This document shows positions 50,084 through 58,880 of a DNA stretch of 64,000 nt, piece after piece. The position numbers and the translations under genes are program-made. This DNA comes from a virus, in the IMG/VR virus record IMGVR_UViG_3300028800_000005, positions 32,001 to 96,000 of that record; one strand, given 5' to 3'. Positions within the stretch are counted from its first letter, which is position 1. The number at the start of each line of letters is the position of its first letter. The notes beneath the pieces were generated by a model. The model worked only from the letters and a program-made list of their open reading frames with translations, was not told where the DNA came from and made no database searches.

Positions 50084-51316
50084 ATGGACACCGCAGTCAC
50101 CACTGAGGCACCAGAAGTGCAGGCCGACCGCTGGCTGTACCGGCTGAACGACCAGGAGCTGGTCGACACCCGCGAGAAGATCGCCAAGATGAACGCACGG
50201 GCTGCCAAGCGCGGCCTGGCTGGTGAGCTGACCGTCTCGGCCGTGAAGGTCCGCCAGACGCGCAAGCTACCGAGCGGCTTCGAGATCACCGAGTCCTGGT
50301 GGGACACTGAGATCCTCGGTGCAGCTCCCCAGTACAACGGGTGGAAGTTCATCGCTAGCCTGGACTTCGACCCGGCTGCTGGCCTGATCACCAAGACGAT
50401 CCCCGGCCTGGCAGGCAAGATCGACCGCAGCAAGCTGCAAGACAACTGGTGTGACCACTGCAAGACCAGCCGGTTCCGTCGACTGGCCTACCTCCTGGAG
50501 AGTGCGACCGGCGAGCGACTGCAAGTCGGCAGCACGTGCATCAAGGACTTCCTCGGCCAGGCGGTGCGTCCCGTGTTCACCAGTGAGGACACCATTCGCG
50601 AGGAGTTCGGCGGCTTCGGTGCCTCTGACTACGACGTCACCCCGCTGGACGTGCTCGCTATCGCGTGGGCCGCAGTTCAGGAGTTCGGTTTCGTCCGCTC
50701 TGGTGACTACGACGACGTCCCGACCAAGCGGCGCATCGATCAGGTTCTGTACCCGGCCAGCAAGGGCCAGGCTGCCATCGACGACCGGGCCCTGGGTGAG
50801 AGGCTCCGTCCGCTGGCTGCCAAGGCTGCCGAGCAGGCCAAGCTGATTCAGTCCTACATCCTCAGCGACGAGTTCAGCGGCGACAGTGAGTACGTTCAGA
50901 ACCTCAAGCAGATCGCCGGGGCCGAGCGGGTCGGCCGGAGGTTCTTCGGTCTCCTCGCTAGCGCGCCGCAGGCGTGGGCCAAGTCGGTCGAGCGGGACCT
51001 GCGCCGCCAGGCCGAGCAGGCTGAGATCAAGAACGAGTTCTTCGGCTACGTCAAGGACAGGATTGAGCTTACCGTCCGCATCAAGTCCATCCGCTACTTC
51101 GATGGAGCCTACGGGACCACCACCTTGTACACCCTGGTTACCGACGACGGTCACCTGGCGCAATGGTGGGCATCCAATTCCGCACTGGGAAATGAGGTCA
51201 CCAATCACAGCTACCTAGTCAAGGCCACGATCAAGGGCCACGAAGATTACCAGGACACCAAGTACACAAAGCTCACGCGGGTCACTGTCCTAGAAGACAT
51301 CCCCGGAGAGGAGTAA
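50084..51316 (+). CDS. Conserved-type phage protein with zinc finger and C-terminal OB-fold
   Basis: CDHC..R.R..QVGSTCIKDFLG; FG..K.R.E..YG..W..S..V.ATIK.H..Y...T.L.R. Confidence 0.7.
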   Translation: MDTAVTTEAPEVQADRWLYRLNDQELVDTREKIAKMNARAAKRGLAGELTVSAVKVRQTRKLPSGFEITESWWDTEILGAAPQYNGWKFIASLDFDPAAGLITKTIPGLAGKIDRSKLQDNWCDHCKTSRFRRLAYLLESATGERLQVGSTCIKDFLGQAVRPVFTSEDTIREEFGGFGASDYDVTPLDVLAIAWAAVQEFGFVRSGDYDDVPTKRRIDQVLYPASKGQAAIDDRALGERLRPLAAKAAEQAKLIQSYILSDEFSGDSEYVQNLKQIAGAERVGRRFFGLLASAPQAWAKSVERDLRRQAEQAEIKNEFFGYVKDRIELTVRIKSIRYFDGAYGTTTLYTLVTDDGHLAQWWASNSALGNEVTNHSYLVKATIKGHEDYQDTKYTKLTRVTVLEDIPGEE

Positions 51317-51557
51317 GAATGCAGGCAGCACAGCCAGACAGCCGGTACGCTTACCGGCTAGTCTGCGGAGACATAGGCCTTGGTTCAAAGGACCTATCGG
51401 AGCACGACCACCTGTTTTGCGCAGTTCACCGGAATTATGAGCGCATCGCAGGGTTCGGCATCAGGTGGAGCAGGCTCCAGGCTGAAGCCGCAAGTGAGAG
51501 TGCCAGTGTTGTCTAGGTAGGAGGTGATCCTCTATCTCCCCTGTCGGAGGGGTAATT

Positions 51558-51587
51558 TCGACAACACGATCCGGTCCCCGGTATACT
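51558..51587 (+). promoter_or_regulatory. SigA-like promoter
   Basis: TCGACA-N18-TATACT. Confidence 0.65.
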
Positions 51588-51614
51588 GGGGATCGGATCA
51601 TTTATTGGAGGAAC

Positions 51615-51845
51615 ATGGACGTCAACGACTACATCAGGGGCCTTTCGGACCAGGATCTGAAGAAGGAGATCCGCCGTCGTAACGAAGAGGTCGCGCGTGA
51701 GGCCCGTGAGTGGATGGAACGGGAGTACCGGGAGCGGCAGGCTGTACGGGCCGGTGCCAGGTCTGAGTTCTGCGCGGCACAGGGTATCACACCGGAGCAG
51801 TTCGAGGCCGTCGAAGACTACCTGGACGAAGAAGCGAATTCGTAA
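51615..51845 (+). CDS. Small hypothetical protein
   Basis: GGAGG RBS. Confidence 0.7.
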   Translation: MDVNDYIRGLSDQDLKKEIRRRNEEVAREAREWMEREYRERQAVRAGARSEFCAAQGITPEQFEAVEDYLDEEANS

Positions 51846-52396
51846 TGCTCTCTGACCTACCGCAGCCAGGAACAATCGGGCTAACTGCGATCGACGGCCA
51901 GGTCGGCAAGGCAATTCACTTCCTGCAATGGCTGAATGAGAACCCGTTCAAGAACTGGTTCAAGAAGAACACCGACCCGAACTATGAGCATGTCGTGCTC
52001 TACCTCGGCGCGACGAAAGAATACCCTGAGGGTGCACTGCTTGAGGCTGAGCCCGGCGGCTCAAGGATTCGCTCGGTAGAGGAATACTCGGAGATCTACT
52101 GGTGCACGCGCATCGCGTGGAAGTTCTACAAGGCACTGCCCCTGATCGCGAACGAGGCTAAGCGTGACACCGGCATCCCGTACTCGTTCCTTGACTACCT
52201 GGCGCTTACGCTCCGGCGAATGCACTTCTGGTTCCCAGGGATGCGCAGGTATCTCAAGGCCATTGGGCACCAGATCTGCTCCCAGCTAGCTGTCTGGGAG
52301 TACGAGAAGCACGGCTGTTACCTGTTCCCACACGAGTGGGCCGGGGATGAAACGCCGATGGATATCTACTACCTGGATCAGAAACTAGGAAAGTAA
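51845..52396 (+). CDS. Permuted papain-like (NlpC/P60, YiiX-type) amidase
   Basis: YEHVVLYLG..LEAEPGG..GIPY..ICSQL..TP.D. Confidence 0.8.
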   Translation: MLSDLPQPGTIGLTAIDGQVGKAIHFLQWLNENPFKNWFKKNTDPNYEHVVLYLGATKEYPEGALLEAEPGGSRIRSVEEYSEIYWCTRIAWKFYKALPLIANEAKRDTGIPYSFLDYLALTLRRMHFWFPGMRRYLKAIGHQICSQLAVWEYEKHGCYLFPHEWAGDETPMDIYYLDQKLGK

Positions 52397-53056
52397 TGGC
52401 ACTACTCGATTACAAGCCGCAGGGCAAGGGCACACTGGGAAGCTACGTCCGCTTCGCCCCTGGGGAGATCGACCACGCCGTCGATGCCCCGGGGCTTGGC
52501 GTCATCACATATTACGGGACCAGGCGACGAGGTGAGTACGTCGACATCACGGCCGATAACATGAAGGCTATAGAGCTTGTCCCTGGCATGGAGGCCGAGC
52601 AGGATAACGGCAAGGCCCAGACGTTGTCACGAATGCCCAAGGATTTCTCGCAGGAGCAGCGTGAGGTTACCTGGTACGCACTTCTGGGAGGCCGACGTGC
52701 CAGGCACTGAGCAGGCGCAAGGGTGGGGCATGGGCGCGTACGCGATGTGGGGTGCGAGCGCGTTTACTAAGCATAGTCTCATGGCTGATGTTACCCCCAG
52801 CGCGTCTAGCCCGGGGCTGCGTGAGATCTACTGCTGGCAGTGCGGGACGCTGGCCCTTAGGACGTACTCGTACCAGACGACGTACACCTGCAAGGTCTGT
52901 GAATGCTCAGGCAAGCTGACTCCAGATGAAGGGCGGAAGTCGTTCACTGACCCGAGGACGACCAATATGTTCCGTGGGGTGACGACGGTGACTCACGAAC
53001 GGTACCTGGACTTCGGTGACCCTGAGGTGTCCAGGATGAACGGCAGCCCGGCTTGA
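52396..53056 (+). CDS. Two hypothetical proteins (52396-52710; 52697-53056 with zinc finger)
   Basis: Coupling; CWQC..CKVC. Confidence 0.6.
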
Positions 53057-53066
53057 CCCACCTTAC

Positions 53067-53099
53067 AACCCCCTCTGTACGGCCCAGAGGGGGTTTTTT
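53067..53099 (+). terminator. Rho-independent terminator
   Basis: AACCCCCTCTG-tacggcc-CAGAGGGGGTT followed by a T-run. Confidence 0.88.
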
Positions 53100-53113
53100 C
53101 ATGCCCTCTTATT

Positions 53114-53144
53114 TTGCGTTCAGCAGGACGCGGGCGGGTATGAT
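53114..53144 (+). promoter_or_regulatory. Promoter for a probably leaderless transcript opening the ART operon
   Basis: TTGCGT-N19-TATGAT, 6 nt before ATG 53151. Confidence 0.55.
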
Positions 53145-53150
53145 TGTGGT

Positions 53151-53378
53151 ATGCCCATAGACGTCGACTGGTCCCACCGGCACCACATGGTCAAGTGCCC
53201 TGTGTGCCACGTGCTGCACTGTGCTTGCCAGTGCCCGCGTGACCGCTGGCGCTACGACATTGTTGTCCGCCGGGCGGCTGACGGGCTGATGTACTGGGAC
53301 GCTAGCGAGCACGCCTGGTGCAAGGTCATAGGCTCGAAGCACGAATCCGACTGGAGGCAGCACATTGAGCGCAACTGA
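53151..53378 (+). CDS. Cys/His-rich small protein
   Basis: CPVCHVLHCACQC. Confidence 0.6.
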   Translation: MPIDVDWSHRHHMVKCPVCHVLHCACQCPRDRWRYDIVVRRAADGLMYWDASEHAWCKVIGSKHESDWRQHIERN

Positions 53379-53568
53379 GGTACTAAGTTCCCTTCAGTTC
53401 AAGAGGCACCCCGTGAGGGCCGCAGCGCAACGTGTGCACGCTGCTGAGAAGCACGCGGCTGGTCGCCTCGGCCACGGTGTCGACCGGGCGCTAGACGCCC
53501 TTGAGGGCCCGCATGACCCAGGGAACTGGAACGATCACCCGGATGACATCGGGGAGATCACACCGTGA
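53365..53568 (+). CDS. Small protein with MSATEVLSSLQF leader
   Basis: GGAGG RBS, TTG start; followed by a 55-aa ORF at 53565-53732. Confidence 0.6.
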   Translation: MSATEVLSSLQFKRHPVRAAAQRVHAAEKHAAGRLGHGVDRALDALEGPHDPGNWNDHPDDIGEITP

Positions 53569-53728
53569 CTGAGGATCGTGACCAGGCGGCCCTGACCCTG
53601 CTGAAGATGATGTCCGAGCTGAACTTCGACCAGATAGCGTTCCTCGTCGGTTACATGACTATCAAGGACATCGACCTCGCAGCCAGGGCAATGACAGCAC
53701 TCCAGTTCACCGACGTCGGGCAGGTCAA

Positions 53729-54103
53729 ATGAGCGCACAAGAGAATTTGAATCCTCAGCAGTTCTATCATGGTTCTAACCAGGAGTTCAAGCCAGGTGAC
53801 ATGCTGACTCCTGCGGGCGGTAAAGCCCACGCTGACTCCTGGGATAACAAGGATTACTCGCCGGGAGAGTACGTCCACACGACGCTTGACCCAGGGACGG
53901 CACATCTTGTCGCGGGGCGAAAGAACGATTACGAAGGGCTAGGTCACGTCTACACGGTAGAGCATACCGGCCCGGTAGAAGAGGACAAGTCGATGAACGC
54001 CGACATGCAGTCCGCCGGAGCGAGGAACTTCCGCACCAAGAGCCCTGTACGTGTCACCGGGGAAGATCATGACTGGTGGGAACGCCAGCAGAGGGGCGTG
54101 TAA
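53729..54103 (+). CDS. Arr-like ADP-ribosyltransferase 1
   Basis: FYHGS..F.PGD.L.P..VHTT..VY.VE.TGPVEED..FRT..PVRV.GE. Confidence 0.8.
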   Translation: MSAQENLNPQQFYHGSNQEFKPGDMLTPAGGKAHADSWDNKDYSPGEYVHTTLDPGTAHLVAGRKNDYEGLGHVYTVEHTGPVEEDKSMNADMQSAGARNFRTKSPVRVTGEDHDWWERQQRGV

Positions 54104-54381
54104 TGGCAGCCACAGATAACCTGAATCCCCACCAGTTCTACCACGGGTCGGACCATAAGTTCGGCCGAGGGGCAATGGTGAAGCCAGGGCATGCCCCGCT
54201 GAATTCACCGTCCCCTGAGGAGCACGCTTACTTCGCGCGGACGCCGGAAGAGGCAGAGGGATACGGAAGGTACGTCCATGCGGTAAACCCGACAGGGGAC
54301 TACGAGGACGACCCTAACGCACAGGGGGCACTGCGCTCACGTGATCCCCTGCGCGTCCGGTATACCCACTCGACGTCCTAA
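54103..54381 (+). CDS. Arr-like ADP-ribosyltransferase 2
   Basis: FYHGS..V.PG..HAYF..V.PTG.YEDDPN..RSRDPLRV. Confidence 0.82.
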   Translation: MAATDNLNPHQFYHGSDHKFGRGAMVKPGHAPLNSPSPEEHAYFARTPEEAEGYGRYVHAVNPTGDYEDDPNAQGALRSRDPLRVRYTHSTS

Positions 54382-54738
54382 ATGAATTCGGGAGTGTAAT
54401 GGCAGCGCAAGATAACCTGAATAAGAAGCAGTTCTACCACGGTACTAGCGCTGCCCTGAAGCCTGGCGATTACCTGTCTCCCAAGGGCGCTAATGAGTTC
54501 GGCAGGCATGAGACGGAGAGCGGGAGAAGCCACGTCTACGCAACACTCGATGAGGACACAGCGTGGGGGTACGCCATAGACCATGCAGGGTCCGTCGACC
54601 GGGCTCACGTCTACCAGGTTCAGCCAACGGGGAAGACAGAGCCCGACCCGAATGCCGGTGAGTACCCGGCTATAAGGACACGCGCTCGCATGAAGGTCAC
54701 ACGGGAACTGGCCTACTAGCGCTAAATGAATTCGGGAG
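54378..54738. repeat. 17-bp exact direct repeat flanking ART gene 3
   Basis: CTAAATGAATTCGGGAG at 54378-54394 and 54722-54738. Confidence 0.9.
54399..54719 (+). CDS. Arr-like ADP-ribosyltransferase 3
   Basis: FYHGTSAALKPGD.L..HVYAT..A.GYA..VY.V.PTG..E.DPN..RT. Confidence 0.85.
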   Translation: MAAQDNLNKKQFYHGTSAALKPGDYLSPKGANEFGRHETESGRSHVYATLDEDTAWGYAIDHAGSVDRAHVYQVQPTGKTEPDPNAGEYPAIRTRARMKVTRELAY

Positions 54739-54750
54739 ATAGCAGGTTAC

Positions 54751-54912
54751 CTAAAGCTCCCTGCCGTCCAGGCTATGGTGAACGTACAGCCAGCCGTATG
54801 ACCCGTCATCCCGGTGAACCGGATTCAAAGTCGGCCCGCAGGGACAGTCCTCTGTTACCTCATGCCGGATAATATCATCCAGGGGGTGGACGTGGAGCGT
54901 GTCGTCATCCAT
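54751..54912 (-). CDS. 53-aa His/Cys-rich protein (not in ORF track)
   Basis: MDDDTLHVHPLDDIIRHEVTEDCPCGPTLNPVHRDDGSYGWLYVHHSLDGREL; has its own promoter. Confidence 0.75.
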   Translation of the reverse strand: MDDDTLHVHPLDDIIRHEVTEDCPCGPTLNPVHRDDGSYGWLYVHHSLDGREL

Positions 54913-54918
54913 GGCCCT

Positions 54919-54948
54919 AGCCTATGCCGGTAGCCTGTGCTAAGTCAA
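54919..54948 (-). promoter_or_regulatory. Leaderless SigA-like promoter
   Basis: TTGACT-N18-TAGGCT on the minus strand, 6 nt before the ATG at 54912. Confidence 0.7.
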
Positions 54949-55335
54949 AATGAATTTGGGCGGGGGAGATAGCCCAAGGGTAGCGCACACACATAGTGCA
55001 TACACACCACGCACCACACTCCCAGGGGTGTCAGGAGAGTATCACCACCAGGTATACCCTCCCTCACACCTACTCCCCACCCTCCCATACCCTGTCACCT
55101 AATTAATTTGGCGAGGGGGGATATGCAGACTGACACCCCCCATACTATGTACTTGGAACCATCATGCTCAGGAGAGTAACTGTACACCCCTGATACCCTC
55201 CCTCAGCCTATGGTCCTTGGGTAAATTAATTTGGGCGGGCGGGGAGTCCAGGGGACTACCACTATTAGCTATACACATAGGGATGGGCTAAGGCACCGGG
55301 ACCAGGAGTAACTATGCGGTCACTCCTACCCCTCT
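54947..55335. repeat. Three degenerate ~135-bp tandem units
   Basis: AAT(G/T)AATTTGG plus G-run boxes at about 54947, 55099 and 55222; CAGGAG(AG)TA..TACCC boxes at about 55031, 55168 and 55302. Confidence 0.7.
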
Positions 55336-55370
55336 GGTCTAGCTACTCCCCAGTGTCCACTACCCTGTCT

Positions 55371-55690
55371 CACCTGGACCGGCAAATGTGCAAAGCACAT
55401 TATGTCGTCCAGGTGGCCGCTTGTGGCCTCGAATTCGGGGATTTATCCCCGTATTCGCGCTGTTCACGACCAAATCTCGTAGATTTGTTCGAGAACACCC
55501 TTGTAATTACTAATTGCGCAAGCTTATTAGTAATTACTGCACTGCCATGCCCCTGGCACCGGACTGGCCACGAAATAGTAATTTCGGCGGCCAGGCCGAT
55601 GGCCAGTGGTACAGGCGACACGTGTATGTACTGCATTATCCCGCGCGCTGCGCGGAATAGATTGGTATAGGCACTCGGTAATTCCGAGGG
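55371..55690 (+). other. Array of back-to-back hairpins (candidate structured RNA or terminal DNA structure)
   Basis: About nine inverted repeats, most directly adjacent; listed in the findings. Confidence 0.6.
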
Positions 55691-55880
55691 GGGGTACCCT
55701 TTAACGGCTTTTCCCTGGATTAGCGCGGCCAGGAAATCGGGATGAACAGCCAGCGGGACTCCGGGACAGTGGCTACAGGCAGGATCTTAAATCGGTAATT
55801 CCGGGCAGTGGCCCCTATCGGTGCACCCGGATCACGACTGGATAGCCCCCCTAATTCGGAATTAAGGCTCTGATATTGTT

Positions 55881-55910
55881 TTGCGGGGCCGCCGGGGACC
55901 GTGGTAAGAT
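55881..55910 (+). promoter_or_regulatory. Early SigA-like promoter
   Basis: TTGCGG-N18-TAAGAT with extended -10 TG. Similar promoters at 56249 (TTGCGC-N17-TAAGCT), 56532 (TTGACG-N18-TAGTCT) and 56751 (TTGACG-N17-TAAACT). Confidence 0.65.
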
Positions 55911-55936
55911 CGGTGTACACACAGACAGGAGACCGT

Positions 55937-58869
55937 ATGTACATCGCACTTTCAATTCCGCCCCGCCCGGGACGCCCGGACGGCGTCATGCTTCTGACCC
56001 AGGCGGCGACCTACTCGACCGACTCGGCCGGGACCCTCCACATGTACAGGATGCGCGAGTACCGTGAAGACGTTCCTTGCCAGTATGGCGGGTACCACAC
56101 GGTCACCCGGACGGAGCCGGAGGAGTTCCTTACGCTCCCCCGGGGCGCGTACGAGGCGGTCCTCGCCGGGGACACGCGCGAGGAGAGGGACCTCCTGGTC
56201 TCGATGTTCACCGCGAGGGAACCTCAGGGGTAACCCATAATTCGGAATTTGCGCGTCCCGCATGCCCCTGGTAAGCTCAGGGGGTACCTAGACAGGGAGG
56301 GCACATGGGTTTCAGCAGGCCGAACGTAGCTCAGGACGCCAGGGCCCGCTATGAGGCAGGCCACACGATCCTGGCCGTCACCCACGACTGCGGCATGAAG
56401 GTCGACACGGAGGTCTTCGCTAACATCATCGAGGATGCCGAGAGGGAAGGCTGGCACCTGGAGCACATCTACCAGGCACCAGGACGGCAGCTCATGATCT
56501 TCCGGCGCGCACGGTAACCCCTAATCTCGATTTGACGGTCCTGCGGAGGCGTTGTTAGTCTTGGATCTTCACAAGGACCAGGACGGGAGAACCGGAATGC
56601 TAGCAAAGGAAGAGGCGGTCGCGATGACCGTCATCACGATCTGCGGTATCGGCTGCAAGCCGGTATCTGCCGGGAAGCGCGACGAGATCCAGGAGGTTCT
56701 TGACGCGCTCTGGGAGAACGGACGCCAGAACGGGCTCGCTGAGGCGCAGCTTGACGAGGGCCCCGGGACCGGCTAAACTGAGGGCTAGGAGGAATTATGG
56801 CACACTACGACGAGATGAAGTCCGAGGAAGACCTTCGCCGCGATAACGCGGTCGCCCTGGCCCTGCGCGAGATCGACCGGGCGCGCATTTCCGGCGTCTC
56901 TGCGGTCCCGGCCCTGGAGCAGCTCTTTAACTACGGCGAGGAGACCGGGTACGACCAGGCCGTCCGCGACGTCGCGGAGGGGATATCCAAGCTAGGGAGC
57001 GGGCGCTGATGACTACCGTGAACCGCGAGGACGCGACAGCGATCCTGGTCTCCAAGGGCTACTCAGGCGACGAGGCCAGGAAGATCCTTGACGAGGCGAG
57101 GGTTTACGGGACGGCCCTGACCGTCCCGCGCGACTGCCCTAGCCTCTGGGTCACCTCCTGGTACCAGGGGTCGGTCGTACCGGCCTACCGGATTCAGGAA
57201 AACGACTCCGGCGAGGAGGTTACCTTCTGATGGACTTCGAGACCAGCAGGGACCCGGACCAGGCTGTCCACTTTACCGCCAGGAAGCTGCAGGACATCCT
57301 CGGCGTGGAAGTTCCCCCGGCGTACCGCTCGAAGTTCTACGCGGCCCTTCGGAACCTTCGCCAGTCCGGGTACACCACCGGCTGGGACGACGCCGAACAG
57401 CTTGGAGATAACTGATGTACAGCGTATTCATCCGCCGGAACAGGATTCGCCAGGAGCCGGAATGGCTTCTCCGCGCGAGGACAGACGAGAGGTACGAGGC
57501 GTGGGACCGCGCCCAGAAGCTCGCGGACGCCTACCAGTACCACGTCCGGGTCACCGACCCTGACGGTTCCGTGGTCTCCGAGATAATTCCGGCGTAATTC
57601 CGATTTTACCGTACCCTCGGGGAAGCCCCTCGGGGAGTCAGGAGGAGAAATGGGCGATCACACGGAGCAGTATTACCGGATAGGAAAGAAATACGTCCGG
57701 CAGCAACTGGCTAAGGTCCTTACCGAGTCCCGCAGTGAGGTGACGGCCTCGGGGATCATCCAGGCCCTTGACCATGTCGCGGAAGAGATGGGCCTGGAGA
57801 AGAAGACCGTGGTCCGGACCTACTACACCAGTAACGAGGAGGAGTAATGAACCGGGAGCACGCGCTGAACACCGCAATCCAGCTTCTTTTCGGGGACCAG
57901 GTGACTGAGTCCCAGGAGAGCATCCTGTCCGACCTCTATGAGAAGGGGGTCCGTGACGGCCAGTCGCTGAAGGTCACCGGGGGATGGGTCAATGAGTTTT
58001 CCGACCTCGAATGGCAGCCCCTCGGTGAGTTCCCCCCGCTGGACGGTCCCTACTTCAGCCGGATGACTGAGACCGGGGAATGGGCCAGGGAGACAATTTC
58101 CACCCTGCAGGCCGAAGCGGACGCTTACCGTATCTACGGGCGCACCCTGGACGGTGCCTGATGGCGACAGAGGGCGCGGTCGCCCAGTACGAGGCCGGTT
58201 GGAACGCCGCCATGAACCAGGTTCTCAGGGCCCTGAACGACGCCCGGTGGGGATTTCACAGCGAGGAGTACATGAGGGCCCTGGACGACCTCGCGGCGGA
58301 CCTGTCCTTCCGCCGGACAGTTATCGCGGTCAGGTACGACCTGTAATGACACCTGTCCAGTCACCGGGAATAGAGGTTTCCGCCCTCCCGGACTACGACG
58401 AGGCTATCCCGTGCCAGTGCCGGTGGCTGGTGCCCTGGCGCGGTGAGACGTTCGAGTGCGGGGAGCCGTCAGATTTCCGGCTGCGCATCCACTGCGTGAA
58501 CGGCCACGACTACACGACCTTTAACTGCAGGGCCTGTTACGTTACCTGGGCGGCTGACGTCGTCCCGGTAACCTGCCGGGTATGTGATGCCCCCCTGACC
58601 GACTGGAGCACGACATGAGGAACTTCATCCGGAGCGCGCGGGTATATGTCCAGGGCTGGATTGAGACCCTGGACATCCGCTTCCGCTCTCCCGAGACCTA
58701 CCGGGCCCTGAAAGAGAACAAGCTCGCGGGTCCTGAGAAATTTGCGGAGGTCTCCCGGCCTGCGGCACCCTACTGGCTGGACCGCCCGACAAACGAGCAG
58801 GTCCGGCGGAACTACGCTCTCAGCGACGAGGAGGTAGAGGAGCTTCTGAACCACTTCCGCCGCCAGTAA
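55937..58869 (+). CDS. Run of 12 small early-type hypothetical proteins (55937-56233, 56305-56517, 56597-56776, 56797-57009, 57009-57230, 57230-57415, 57415-57597, 57650-57847, 57847-58161, 58161-58346, 58346-58618, 58615-58869)
   Basis: Strong RBSs, stop/start coupling and interspersed promoters. Confidence 0.7.
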
Positions 58870-58880
58870 GGTGTCCCGCC

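Noticed and set aside
53729-54719. Naming these genes arr (rifampicin resistance)
   Set aside because: Fold motifs match, but the loops are shorter and diverged; the substrate cannot be inferred from sequence.
54378-55335. CRISPR array or mini-array
   Set aside because: Repeats are short, degenerate and irregularly spaced (about 120-340 bp), and two intervals contain genes.
55314-55670. ORFs 55314-55670 (+) and 55400-55636 (-)
   Set aside because: Atypical composition and overlap with the hairpin array; probably non-coding, although the + ORF has an AGGAG upstream that belongs to the repeat.
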